Assembly (NCBI GenBank): GCA_041660565.1 | Contig: JBAZWC010000001.1 | Span: 238,481-302,480, forward strand | DNA from: Patescibacteria group bacterium | GTDB taxonomy: Bacteria > Patescibacteriota > UBA1384 > CAJBMM01 | Length of the DNA stretch: 64,000 nt | Direction: 5' to 3' | Part shown: in pieces, positions 51,097 through 60,530 of the stretch | Position numbering within the stretch: position 1 is the first letter of the stretch | Layout of the letters: every line of letters begins with the position of its first letter | Translations under genes and position numbers: made by a program | The notes under the pieces: model-generated | The model's input: the letters and a program-made list of their open reading frames with translations, nothing else | What the model was told of the DNA's origin: nothing | The model's database searches: none

Positions 51097-51190
51097 ACCC
51101 ACCCGCCTTGCTCTTTACTCTTATATATGTTATTATATTGGCATACTGAGCGCCATTGCTCAGAATTCGGTTCACAATAAGGAGTCCGTG

Positions 51191-51481
51191 ATGCGACACG
51201 CTCAAGGCGGGAAAATCCGAGGCAAGCACACGAGCATCATCGACGAGGCCGAGTCGCTGATTAAGGCGGTGGACGGCCTGGCGTGCGTTACTGGAGTGAG
51301 TCTTGGATTCATCCAGCACACCAAAGGGCGCCCAGTCCCGAAGAACCTCAAGTTCCTTGACGTGGATGCCGGGCTGCAACTCACCGTTCGCGCCCCAAAG
51401 ACGGTTCAGACGCTGATTGTCTATACCAGCGACCGAACCGGCACGGCAAAAGCGCTTTGCGAGGCCTTCTACAAGAAGTGA
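51191..51481 (+). CDS. DUF2103-like small protein (GC-rich)
   Basis: GGKI.G.HTS.I...V..VS.G.I...L.V.....VQ...VY.; AAGGAG SD; TTGCTC-17-TATTAT promoter at 51108-51136. Confidence 0.7.
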   Translation: MRHAQGGKIRGKHTSIIDEAESLIKAVDGLACVTGVSLGFIQHTKGRPVPKNLKFLDVDAGLQLTVRAPKTVQTLIVYTSDRTGTAKALCEAFYKK

Positions 51482-51504
51482 CCTCGCGCCCATCACCATC
51501 CACC

Positions 51505-51545
51505 AGGCCGGCAGTCCACCACGGACTCCCGGCCTAATTCTTTGC
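51505..51545 (+). terminator. 41-bp hairpin, copy 1
   Basis: AGGCCGGCAGTCCACCACGGACTCCCGGCCTAATTCTTTGC. Confidence 0.75.
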
Positions 51546-51556
51546 TTATTTATCTT

Positions 51557-51594
51557 GTCATTCCGGTCCGCCGGCTGGCGGATAATCCGGAATC
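51557..51594 (+). repeat. REP with a nested TCCGCCGGCTGGCGGA palindrome
   Basis: Compare the plain REP at 52103-52127. Confidence 0.8.
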
Positions 51595-51758
51595 TACATA
51601 AAAAGAATCATTCCAAATGTTTTAAAATTAAAAATTAAAAATTTAAAATTTTGCTTATGTCTATCCCCCATCACAATATCGAGTCCAACATTCGTCTTGA
51701 CATGATTATATTATTGTAGTATATCTAAATTATCCTGCAAGTCGAAAGGGTTAGTCCG

Positions 51759-51947
51759 ATGCCAGAGAGAGACACGCAGTCCCGCAGTGGCAGTATCGAA
51801 GTGACAGTGGGCTCCGGCCGCGATGGCGGCACCGGCCAGTCGACGACCGACATGCTGATCATCGATCACGACAGCCGCGACGGTAGCCACGACCACGTGG
51901 TCATCAGCGAGTCCGGCGAGACGCTGCACGACACCACCCGCAAGTAG
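51759..51947 (+). CDS. Small acidic, His-containing hypothetical protein (GC-rich)
   Basis: TTGACA at 51697, AAAGGG SD, strong GC3 bias, hairpins downstream. Confidence 0.6.
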   Translation: MPERDTQSRSGSIEVTVGSGRDGGTGQSTTDMLIIDHDSRDGSHDHVVISESGETLHDTTRK

Positions 51948-52043
51948 GAAGTGCACGGAGGGCTAACGCTCACACCGACACTTCCTGGGCAGATACCTCT
52001 ATCGGAGGCGTCTGCCTGTAATCATAGAACAGGGCCTCACCAA

Positions 52044-52084
52044 AGGCCGGCAGTCCACCACGGACTCCCGGCCTAATTCTTTGC
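52044..52084 (+). terminator. 41-bp hairpin, copy 2 (identical to copy 1)
   Basis: Exact match to 51505-51545. Confidence 0.75.
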
Positions 52085-52102
52085 CAATTTTTGTTTTCCC
52101 CT

Positions 52103-52290
52103 GTCATTCCGGATTTAATCCGGAATCTATTCCTATGGTGTCATTCCCGCGAAGGTGGGAATCCAGCCTATAAAAAACCGTCTTTCTTCTGGATCCCCGA
52201 ATAAAATGTCGGGGATGACAATTTAGTCAAAACCGTGCTCAAAAGAGAACCGTCCCCTATCCTTTGTCATTCCGGGCTCGACCTGGAATC
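52103..52290. repeat. Cluster of four GTCATTCC/GTCATCCC REPs
   Basis: 52103-52127, 52140-52164, 52191-52219 and 52266-52290. Confidence 0.88.
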
Positions 52291-52338
52291 TATATAGATA
52301 AAACTTCCATACACAGTAAAAATTAAAAAATTTAAAAT

Positions 52339-53094
52339 TTAAAATTCCACGGTCTTAACCGCCTCGGTGTAACCACAATAATCACAACTTGGATTGGCTT
52401 CTGGAATACTATCACTATTCAAACACTCATGTGCTTTAAGCAACGTGCCATCTATCCAACTGTCACTGCCCTTATACGCAATTAGCGTAATATCAAACTC
52501 TAACTTGGCGTCAAACGCGCTTTTGTCTGTGCGCCCGTTGCAATACACAAAATAGCCGGTATCAGAAACCTTGTAACCATTTTGCCTCAAGAGCCACTGA
52601 TACACCTCCATCTGCCGCTTATACCCGTCTTGCCACTCTTTATTAAGCTCGGTTATTTCCTCGGCTTTAGAGGTAGATTTATAATCCACCACAATATATT
52701 CACCTTGTGAGTTCTGCCACAAATCGTCAATTGCACCAAAGACTAAAAAGTTGGTTTTGGGATGCAAAAACTGCACGCCGGTAAAGTTATGCCGCCATTT
52801 TTCTAAATCTTCATGCGCCACCGGCACCGCATCTACTCCGTATTTCTGAATCAGCGGATGTTTGCTACCTTTAGCACGGTAGATATCGAATTCGAGTTTT
52901 AACAGGTGGTCAACGGCGGAGTTTAGGGCAAATGGGAATCCGGGTGGTCTGCCAACCCCTAGCCGGCGGTCTAGGTAGAAACACCGCGGGCATTCGGTAA
53001 ATAGGTCAATTTTGCTGCGGGATAACTTAAACGGCTCTGACGAATTAGGATCGTACAAGCCTTTTACTCGTTGTGGGGTGTAATATTCGTACAT
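52339..53094 (-). CDS. PD-(D/E)XK nuclease (Cas4/AddB-like, with Cys ligands)
   Basis: LSRSKI..F..CPRCF, GAIDD, VVDYK, Q...Y and CDYC. Confidence 0.85.
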   Translation of the reverse strand: MYEYYTPQRVKGLYDPNSSEPFKLSRSKIDLFTECPRCFYLDRRLGVGRPPGFPFALNSAVDHLLKLEFDIYRAKGSKHPLIQKYGVDAVPVAHEDLEKWRHNFTGVQFLHPKTNFLVFGAIDDLWQNSQGEYIVVDYKSTSKAEEITELNKEWQDGYKRQMEVYQWLLRQNGYKVSDTGYFVYCNGRTDKSAFDAKLEFDITLIAYKGSDSWIDGTLLKAHECLNSDSIPEANPSCDYCGYTEAVKTVEF

Positions 53095-53097
53095 GAT

Positions 53098-55914
53098 TTA
53101 TAATTCTTTCTTAAAATCTAATTTCCTGGCTCTCTGCCGCAACGCCTCTTTACCACCCTCGAGCACATCAATTATCCTGTCTCTGATTTCTATATTTTCA
53201 ATAGAACCGGTTAGGTAATCAAAGTTATATTTTCCCGCGCTATGTCTTGAATTACTTGATACCAACACCTCTTCTGAATCAGCACAAACAACCAAACTTC
53301 CGTTATGAGAAACAATAATAATTTGCCTATCCTCCTTTTCGGACTTTATAAAGTTGACAAGGTCAGTCGCTACGCCACCAACGTCTAAGTCATCTTCAGG
53401 CTGATCTATTAATATAGGATACTTTTCGTCATCAAATCTAAATACCAACTCGAGCAAGGCAATTGCTTTTTGCCCTCCTGTCATATCCTTAAAAGCCGTG
53501 TCATTCTCCTTGGTTTTTACCGAGTTAAGATAATCAATCTCGTATCGGTTCTTTATTAATTGGGAAATTACCTGTGAAACATCAGATGCGTCAACCTTGA
53601 TTTTAATCTTGTTATTCACGAGATTAACTATTACTTTCCTAAGAGTATCATTACTTAACTGAGCAGTACTCTCACCAAAGAATTGAGTAATATCTGGTTC
53701 CTGCTTTAAGCTTGCGTCTGTGTCACGGGTGTTAATGTTTCGCTCCACGAACCTCTTTAGATCTTCGCTATTATATTCTGTGACAATATCAATATTCAGG
53801 AATGTAAATAGGTCATCAAACCGCACGGTTTCAAATACTGTTTTACGCTGATAATCATACTCTTTGTATATGTTGATTAAGGAATCGATTGCCTCTTTTT
53901 GCTGTACGTCTGATTGTTGAAGAATCTTTGTAAGTTCATCAATTTTTTTAATCGTATCCTGAAGTCCTGCTAGCTCCTTAGTCAATGTCTCGAGGGCCGT
54001 ATTTAGTTTGATTTTCTCATTGAGTGTACTAACGATCGCGCTATTCTCCTTGATAACTGTTTCGCAACTGTTAATTTCAGTTTTAATACTATCAATCTCT
54101 GCTTTTATTAGAACACTCAAACTTTCTTTTCCTTTTCTGACCAATTCATCGCGAATTAATTTCTGTCTCTCGAGTGAGAGTCTGCTAAATTCCTGGTTTG
54201 ATACATAGACTCCTGCGCCCGTCTTATCAAGAGTCTCAAGGATTGTTTTGTCCTGAGACAGCAGCAGAAGGAATTTCTGATTATCAGCAATGAGGCTCTT
54301 AGCATCCGAGTATTCTTTAATTTCCTCATCAGATATAGATGTGCTACCTGAGACCTTATATTTTTTAATTTCAACATTTTTATTTGCAATTTCTTTTTCA
54401 ATCTCAATTTTCGATCCTTGTTTTCTTATAAGAAGTGCGGTTTCGTTATTAGTAGATTTGGCTGATAGCAAGCTTTCAATTAATGCCTCTGCTTTAACTT
54501 TGTTATTTGAAGTTAACTCTTCGTAAACTTGAATCGCATTCGCAAACAATGAATGCTTTTTAAGTAATCGGGTTAAGAACTGATCCCTTTCTGCCGCTTT
54601 ATCCCCATCGTCATACGCTAAGGAACTCAAATAATTTTGGGGTATATAAAAAACGCTTTTTGGGCTGTCATTGCTACCATGATCTTCCTGCCCATCAACC
54701 CATATAACTTTCACCGAATCTAATGGATACAGATTGGCGGGCTTATCTTTTTCAGTAAATTGTGCTGGATCGACATTATGCGCGATATTTCTTAGCAACG
54801 TAGACTTCCCGCTACCGCGAACACCGATGATTGAGTTAAGATCCTGGTTAAACACAACAGTTTTGTCCTGTTGATCAGCGTTCTTGTATGTAGCTCTATC
54901 AATTATTATCCGCCCTGACTTACTATCGCCAGGATTTCTTTCCTGGATTCGTACTCTATCCTTTGGTTCCCATAAAACCTGTTTTAAACCTTCAAAACTT
55001 GTATCCGCTTTTATCCAGCAAAATAGATTATTATCTGGATTAAATAATTTTGCTTCCGTATGGGCATCGCATCCGTGAACGCAAGGTTTTAATGATCCGC
55101 ATTTACTAATAACTGTTTCCCTGTCATCGGTTTTTTCTCCCAGAAAGTATCGTCTATCTTCAGGATTGCCGGAAAAGATTGCATTAGAAATAGTATAAAT
55201 AGATTTTCTTACAGCATCGAGTTGGCTTGCAGCATCATTTTCAAATAGATCGTAATGTTTTTGTAAACCCGAAGCACCATCTACACAGGAATTACTAACT
55301 ACAATAATTACCTTCTCGCGGAAGTTGGCGTTAGCTTCATAAAGGGCATGTAATTGGCTGTGATCGACGACAAACGAATCTATCCCTTTTTTGTAAGCGG
55401 CTACATCACTTAAGTTTGAATCGATAAATTTTCCCAACCCTATAAACCCAGCTTGATTCATTTTGAACTTTCGGCCAGGCTCAGCAGCATACTCTATAGA
55501 ATTAAATAGATCGTTGTCTATATTTGCAACAAAATCAGGATTAAGTATACAGTGTATATTCACGAGCCGCCCATGATCTGTAGAGGGCATCATTCGCAAC
55601 TCGATGTTTGGTATAATAAATATTTCTTTGATCTTCACTTTTTCCTCTGGTAAGAATACAGGCTCGCCAGATTCGTTTGTTTCATGGAAACTGTCAATAT
55701 TATCGACGAACTCTTTAACCTTTTTGTAGTTATCAATATTAAAATAGTCAGTAATTCCAATTACGACGATTTCTTTTGATAACGCTTCCCTTAATAGAGT
55801 CGTGCAAAACTGGCCGAAGGATTGACTTGTAAACCTATCATTTTTAGCAGTATCTTTTGTATGAACATGTAGATCCCACCTTGCCCATATTGAACCGCGA
55901 GGATTGTTACGCAT
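53098..55914 (-). CDS. PHP-domain plus SMC/ABC-type ATPase (TrlF/Ppl-like)
   Basis: WDLHVHT, ITDY, GCDAH; GVRGSGKS Walker A, coiled coil, MTGGQ, IDQPEDDLD and VSH. Confidence 0.85.
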   Translation of the reverse strand: MRNNPRGSIWARWDLHVHTKDTAKNDRFTSQSFGQFCTTLLREALSKEIVVIGITDYFNIDNYKKVKEFVDNIDSFHETNESGEPVFLPEEKVKIKEIFIIPNIELRMMPSTDHGRLVNIHCILNPDFVANIDNDLFNSIEYAAEPGRKFKMNQAGFIGLGKFIDSNLSDVAAYKKGIDSFVVDHSQLHALYEANANFREKVIIVVSNSCVDGASGLQKHYDLFENDAASQLDAVRKSIYTISNAIFSGNPEDRRYFLGEKTDDRETVISKCGSLKPCVHGCDAHTEAKLFNPDNNLFCWIKADTSFEGLKQVLWEPKDRVRIQERNPGDSKSGRIIIDRATYKNADQQDKTVVFNQDLNSIIGVRGSGKSTLLRNIAHNVDPAQFTEKDKPANLYPLDSVKVIWVDGQEDHGSNDSPKSVFYIPQNYLSSLAYDDGDKAAERDQFLTRLLKKHSLFANAIQVYEELTSNNKVKAEALIESLLSAKSTNNETALLIRKQGSKIEIEKEIANKNVEIKKYKVSGSTSISDEEIKEYSDAKSLIADNQKFLLLLSQDKTILETLDKTGAGVYVSNQEFSRLSLERQKLIRDELVRKGKESLSVLIKAEIDSIKTEINSCETVIKENSAIVSTLNEKIKLNTALETLTKELAGLQDTIKKIDELTKILQQSDVQQKEAIDSLINIYKEYDYQRKTVFETVRFDDLFTFLNIDIVTEYNSEDLKRFVERNINTRDTDASLKQEPDITQFFGESTAQLSNDTLRKVIVNLVNNKIKIKVDASDVSQVISQLIKNRYEIDYLNSVKTKENDTAFKDMTGGQKAIALLELVFRFDDEKYPILIDQPEDDLDVGGVATDLVNFIKSEKEDRQIIIVSHNGSLVVCADSEEVLVSSNSRHSAGKYNFDYLTGSIENIEIRDRIIDVLEGGKEALRQRARKLDFKKEL

Positions 55915-58750
55915 TAGTAATCCTTAATAGTCCGGGCACTGTTGAGTGAACCGTTATCCTATCAGTCGGGACAATAATGTATCTCCATGGTTTTATAATG
56001 CCATTAGATCCAATATTTCTCGAAACCAGATCACAATACTTCTCAGCTGTCTTCTTTTTCTCTTGAACATTATGGGCCAGTATTTCACTTTCTGGTTTCA
56101 CTTCAACCATTACAATTTCATGCTCCAATTCGACTACAAAATCTGGTTCATATCTATGTTGCGATTCACCGTTTTCGTCACGCCAGTATAAGCCTTCAAA
56201 CTGATTGGGTGCCGGTCGAAGCCAATCTATGACAGATCCATCCCTTTCTAGAAGATACGCTAAGCGAACTTCGTCCGAGGAATCAAATCGATATTTAGAA
56301 TGACAGGCTTTTTGAAACTTGCCATAAAGCAGTTTGGCGTTAAATGTATCCACCTGCGAATCAAGAAAAACAACCTTTTCATCAAAAGATTCGGAAATAT
56401 TGTACTGTTCCAGATATGGTTTTGGTTCTCGTATATCCGATTCAAGATATCCTTCAGACTTTAGCTCCTTATGTTCTAAAATCTGCTTATAGATATCCTC
56501 GGCGATTGAACGTGCGTTACTTTCAATTATTAAGGCCAAATTATCCTCGTCGATTGCCTTTTTACGGTAATATACCACTGCTTGTTCCGCCAACTTGAGA
56601 AGTAATGGTTTTTGAGCTGGGTCATCATAATCAACCAACGGAAAGTCCAATAGTGCAGCGATTATCGTGCTTTGTGGGGATTGCCTATAATGCGCTCCAA
56701 AACTACTGATTCTCGTCACCTCGCTCACCCTGCGACCAGGGACTTCTTCTCCGAATAGGTTTTCCTCATGCTCATTCTGTAGTTGCTCTTCAAGAATAGC
56801 CCGTTCGTTGGTATAGGTACGCAACATTCCAAAACTTGTATCTAAGTCAAAATGTTCAATGGATAGCTCTCCAAAATGTGGAGTGAGAATTAGGCGCGGA
56901 ATGGGTATATTTCTTTTTTCCATTGTTGCGGCAGATTCTTTTGCAATCTTAGAAAGTTCATCTTTTACCTCATCGCTGAAAGAACCAAACAGAGTATCGG
57001 GGCCAAATGAGATCTCTGTGGGCGCACCAGATTCCTGACCGTAATAATTAGAAAATGTGAGGCTCTTGATCGTCTCTCTAGTCAACCCGCCAACAATTTC
57101 ATCTTTCTTAGCCTCGGCGAATCTTTCTCTGACAGATTCATCCATACTTTCACTTTGAGGGAAGCTAGCAACAATCGCTTCAACCTTCTCGTCTACTGCC
57201 CGCATCACCAAATTATTTTGGGTTATCTCCCTCATTAGAACATCAAGAATCACCGGTTGGACTTCGGCTAATACTTTAACCTCTTTTGCCTCGCGTTCAG
57301 ATATCTGCTCTACCTGTCCTTGAATAAGTGGTGAATCTTTAGCAAGCGCAACTACTTTAGAATACTGTTCATGGGCAACAAGCACTAATCTATCCACCAA
57401 AGGAACGCCGGTTCGTTCTCCGTAAGGCAATCGCAAACCGCGCCCAATGGTTTGCTCAGTTAGAATTGCAGCGGCTGATTCACGTAGGGGCGCGATGGTA
57501 TAGACGTTTGTAACATCCCAGCCCTCTTTAAGCATGTTGACATGAATCACAATCTCAATCGGATTGTCGGGATGCTCAAGAGAGATTAGTTTCTCAATAT
57601 TTTCATCAGCCTCATCCCCGCGAAGTCTTGTATGTATTTCAATTACTTTTCCGGCAAACTCTCCGGCACGGAAGTTCTCACTTTCAATCAGGTTTCTTAG
57701 CTCTCCTGCATGCGTTGTGTCTTTAGCCACAACCAGCATAACTGGCTTTACAACCGATCTATTGTTTTCTAGCGCATATTCTTTTAAGGCATTCTTAGCT
57801 CGTTCGTGAAAAAAGGCGGCTAGTTGTAATTTACGGGCATCAGTATCAATCGAATCCGGATCAAATTGGCTGAAATCCACATCAGCTTCAGTACCGATCC
57901 ACGGATCCTTAACTAGTTTACCTCGAATGGCATCACCAAGATTATATGAATACAAAACATTTTTCATTCTGGTCTGAGTTGCATTTCTGCCTGTGCCTTG
58001 AGTGCCCAAATAAGGCGTTGCAGTCATCTCCAAGCCAAATAGAGGATCGAGTATATCAAGTGCCCCAAGCGCGGCATCAGCGTGGTAATGATGGGCTTCA
58101 TCAAGCATGACCACTAAATCGTCGTGTTCCTTAAGGTAATCAAAATACGACTCGCCAGCTGTTTCCCAAGCTTTCGTTATACCTCGTTCATTGGTCATGT
58201 CTCTCTGGGCAAACTGCTGAACATTAAAGATATTTATCTCAATCTGGTTGCCAAAAAGAGTGTACCCGCGCTGTTTTGTATAGTTATCAACTGTAATTAC
58301 CTTGGCTGTGTTGATATTTATCTCTTGGATACCTTTGAAAACATACTTTGGGTTATTTGCTTTACTAAAATCATCAAATAGCTTTCGGTAGATAGTTAGG
58401 TTGGGGGCAACTATCAAAAAGTGCTGGATGTTATAAACCAAGTATAAATACGCTACAAAAGCACCCATTAATCTGGTTTTACCCACTCCAGTGGCCAGAG
58501 CGAAAGTGTAAGCGGGGAATTTTCGCTCAAATTCCTCAAACCCGCGCGCTTCAGGGACAGTGCTAAAATATTCTCTGCTTGTTTCCAATATTTCAGCAGT
58601 ATCGCCTCGATTCGTTTTCTTCATGCGGGCTAACACCCTTTGCCCAGCTTCTGATTGTAAGTAATTAGCAAATATCTCTAAACTTTTGAGCTGCGGATCG
58701 CGCAGGCTCATTGCATTGTTGATATATACAAGTGCTTCTTGTGGAGTCAT
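55907..58750 (-). CDS. Type III restriction subunit (Res)
   Basis: ATGVGKT, DEAHH, LKEGWD, EQTIGRGLRL; C-terminal YEPDF...VEVK nuclease. Confidence 0.88.
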   Translation of the reverse strand: MTPQEALVYINNAMSLRDPQLKSLEIFANYLQSEAGQRVLARMKKTNRGDTAEILETSREYFSTVPEARGFEEFERKFPAYTFALATGVGKTRLMGAFVAYLYLVYNIQHFLIVAPNLTIYRKLFDDFSKANNPKYVFKGIQEININTAKVITVDNYTKQRGYTLFGNQIEINIFNVQQFAQRDMTNERGITKAWETAGESYFDYLKEHDDLVVMLDEAHHYHADAALGALDILDPLFGLEMTATPYLGTQGTGRNATQTRMKNVLYSYNLGDAIRGKLVKDPWIGTEADVDFSQFDPDSIDTDARKLQLAAFFHERAKNALKEYALENNRSVVKPVMLVVAKDTTHAGELRNLIESENFRAGEFAGKVIEIHTRLRGDEADENIEKLISLEHPDNPIEIVIHVNMLKEGWDVTNVYTIAPLRESAAAILTEQTIGRGLRLPYGERTGVPLVDRLVLVAHEQYSKVVALAKDSPLIQGQVEQISEREAKEVKVLAEVQPVILDVLMREITQNNLVMRAVDEKVEAIVASFPQSESMDESVRERFAEAKKDEIVGGLTRETIKSLTFSNYYGQESGAPTEISFGPDTLFGSFSDEVKDELSKIAKESAATMEKRNIPIPRLILTPHFGELSIEHFDLDTSFGMLRTYTNERAILEEQLQNEHEENLFGEEVPGRRVSEVTRISSFGAHYRQSPQSTIIAALLDFPLVDYDDPAQKPLLLKLAEQAVVYYRKKAIDEDNLALIIESNARSIAEDIYKQILEHKELKSEGYLESDIREPKPYLEQYNISESFDEKVVFLDSQVDTFNAKLLYGKFQKACHSKYRFDSSDEVRLAYLLERDGSVIDWLRPAPNQFEGLYWRDENGESQHRYEPDFVVELEHEIVMVEVKPESEILAHNVQEKKKTAEKYCDLVSRNIGSNGIIKPWRYIIVPTDRITVHSTVPGLLRITNA

Positions 58751-58753
58751 GGC

Positions 58754-60526
58754 CTAGTCGCTTTCCTCATCATTTTCTAATTCTTCCATAGCTGTTTCCT
58801 TAATTGGCAGTAAGTATTCTTTCTTGCCAAAATGACAGGCTTTCAGCACTGATTGTGGAATCTTCTTGATCGTAATTCGACTATCAATTTTTTCCGCGCC
58901 GGGCTCAAACTTCTTGGGACAAATAATCAATGATTCGCCATCGGAAAGATGGCCCACAATCTGTTGAACCATTCCGCATGTTAAGAGTTGGGTTGTGACA
59001 TAAAGGTAGTTCTTACCTTGGCCCATACCGTGTTTCCAATATTCAGTTTGGCTTGGCTGATAAGTGAAATTCATCAGCTTGCACATGGCTTTAATAAGCT
59101 TTGTATCGTTGTAATAATCGTCAATTATTGGGTTACCAAACTCATCTTTGATGATAAAACTTGGGGCTAACTCATAGAATTTGTATGCACCTCCACCTTG
59201 CCATTCTAAGGTTTTACTGATACCACCTTGATCTAGACCGCTAATGACCTTATCTAATCTTACCTTGCAGTGTGTGAATGCATGATCGCCCATTTCAATT
59301 CCAAGATATCTACGTCTCATTTTATGTGCGACAGCGCATGTTGTACCAGAGCCCAGGAAAGAATCTAGTACGATATCATCCTCATTTGTAGACATTCGTA
59401 TTATTCTCTGTAGCAGTGATTCCGGCTTTTTACCGTTTGGGAAAAGTACCCCGCCTTCTTTTGTAACATTAATCCAGCTAAAACCATCCCAGTAGGTACC
59501 AATTTTTTCCTTTTTGTATATCTTTCCTTTTAAAAGTGTTGCGGTATCTTTGAGCCAAATCACAAGAACTTTTTGTTTTCCCATAAAAATAATATCTATT
59601 TTATTATCTTTATTTCTTCCGGACTTGGGGCTATAAGAAGCAATGAACATATTATTTTCACTATCCGTAGCATCCCAAACTCTGGTTCTGATCGATGTTT
59701 GAGCATTTGTTGTGGTAATTATTTTGTCAAAATATTTTATATACACTTCATTCTCAGAAATGCCTTCAAGCTGAGCTATTTGTTTTACGCTTTTTATGTC
59801 GTAACTTTTAACTTCGGATATTACTATATCATCGCCGCTTCCGTCCTTAATGATTTTATACGGAACGACATTATCAATCTTATAAAGTACGGAGGTGTAT
59901 TTAAAACTTTTTTCGTCATCTTTCATTCGAGCAATATAACTCATCAGCTCTGTTTCCTTATAAACAGGTTCAAACGGCAAAAAAGAATTTGTTTCTTTGC
60001 AATATACTAATATATATTCAATGTTCTTCTTTAGCCTTATATCTTCACCGCCCCCACTGGCACCGGCACTAACTTTTGAATTCACCGAGATAGTATTGAT
60101 AAAGTTATTTCTTCCAAAAACTTCATCCATTAATACCCTAAGATACGGTTGCTCAACATCATCAATTTGAATAAAAATAATTCCATCTTCTTTAAGAAGC
60201 ATCCTCAATAATTCTAGCCTTGGTTTCATCAAGGATAGCCAAGTACTATGCTCTACGCTGTCATCGTAGTACTCAAATGCGTTACCGGTGTTATATGGCG
60301 GATCAATATATATACATTTTATTTTACCCTCATATTCAGGGAGTAGAGCTTTTAGTGCGAGAAGATTATCCCCGTGAATAATCATATTCTCGGTATTTGG
60401 ATCATTGGCACAATTTGAAAGCTCAGGGTTTTCTTCTAAGATTCTTGGCTCGATGTTAGCAATATCGTACTCGGGATTATTTTTCCCAATCCAGGTTAGT
60501 TCTAGTTTTTGTTTGTTGTTTGTCAT
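58754..60526 (-). CDS. Type III modification methyltransferase (Mod, beta class)
   Basis: KLELTW, GDNL.AL, IYIDPPYNTG, KKPE.L and DSFLGSGTT. Confidence 0.92.
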   Translation of the reverse strand: MTNNKQKLELTWIGKNNPEYDIANIEPRILEENPELSNCANDPNTENMIIHGDNLLALKALLPEYEGKIKCIYIDPPYNTGNAFEYYDDSVEHSTWLSLMKPRLELLRMLLKEDGIIFIQIDDVEQPYLRVLMDEVFGRNNFINTISVNSKVSAGASGGGEDIRLKKNIEYILVYCKETNSFLPFEPVYKETELMSYIARMKDDEKSFKYTSVLYKIDNVVPYKIIKDGSGDDIVISEVKSYDIKSVKQIAQLEGISENEVYIKYFDKIITTTNAQTSIRTRVWDATDSENNMFIASYSPKSGRNKDNKIDIIFMGKQKVLVIWLKDTATLLKGKIYKKEKIGTYWDGFSWINVTKEGGVLFPNGKKPESLLQRIIRMSTNEDDIVLDSFLGSGTTCAVAHKMRRRYLGIEMGDHAFTHCKVRLDKVISGLDQGGISKTLEWQGGGAYKFYELAPSFIIKDEFGNPIIDDYYNDTKLIKAMCKLMNFTYQPSQTEYWKHGMGQGKNYLYVTTQLLTCGMVQQIVGHLSDGESLIICPKKFEPGAEKIDSRITIKKIPQSVLKACHFGKKEYLLPIKETAMEELENDEESD

Positions 60527-60530
60527 AGCT

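Noticed and set aside
50969-51190. N-terminal extension of the 170-aa ORF
   Set aside because: It runs through REP, heptamer and promoter DNA; the SD supports a start at 51191.
52044-52346. Possible CRISPR array next to the Cas4-like nuclease
   Set aside because: The repeats are variable palindromes in mixed orientation with irregular spacing, and there is no cas1 or cas2.
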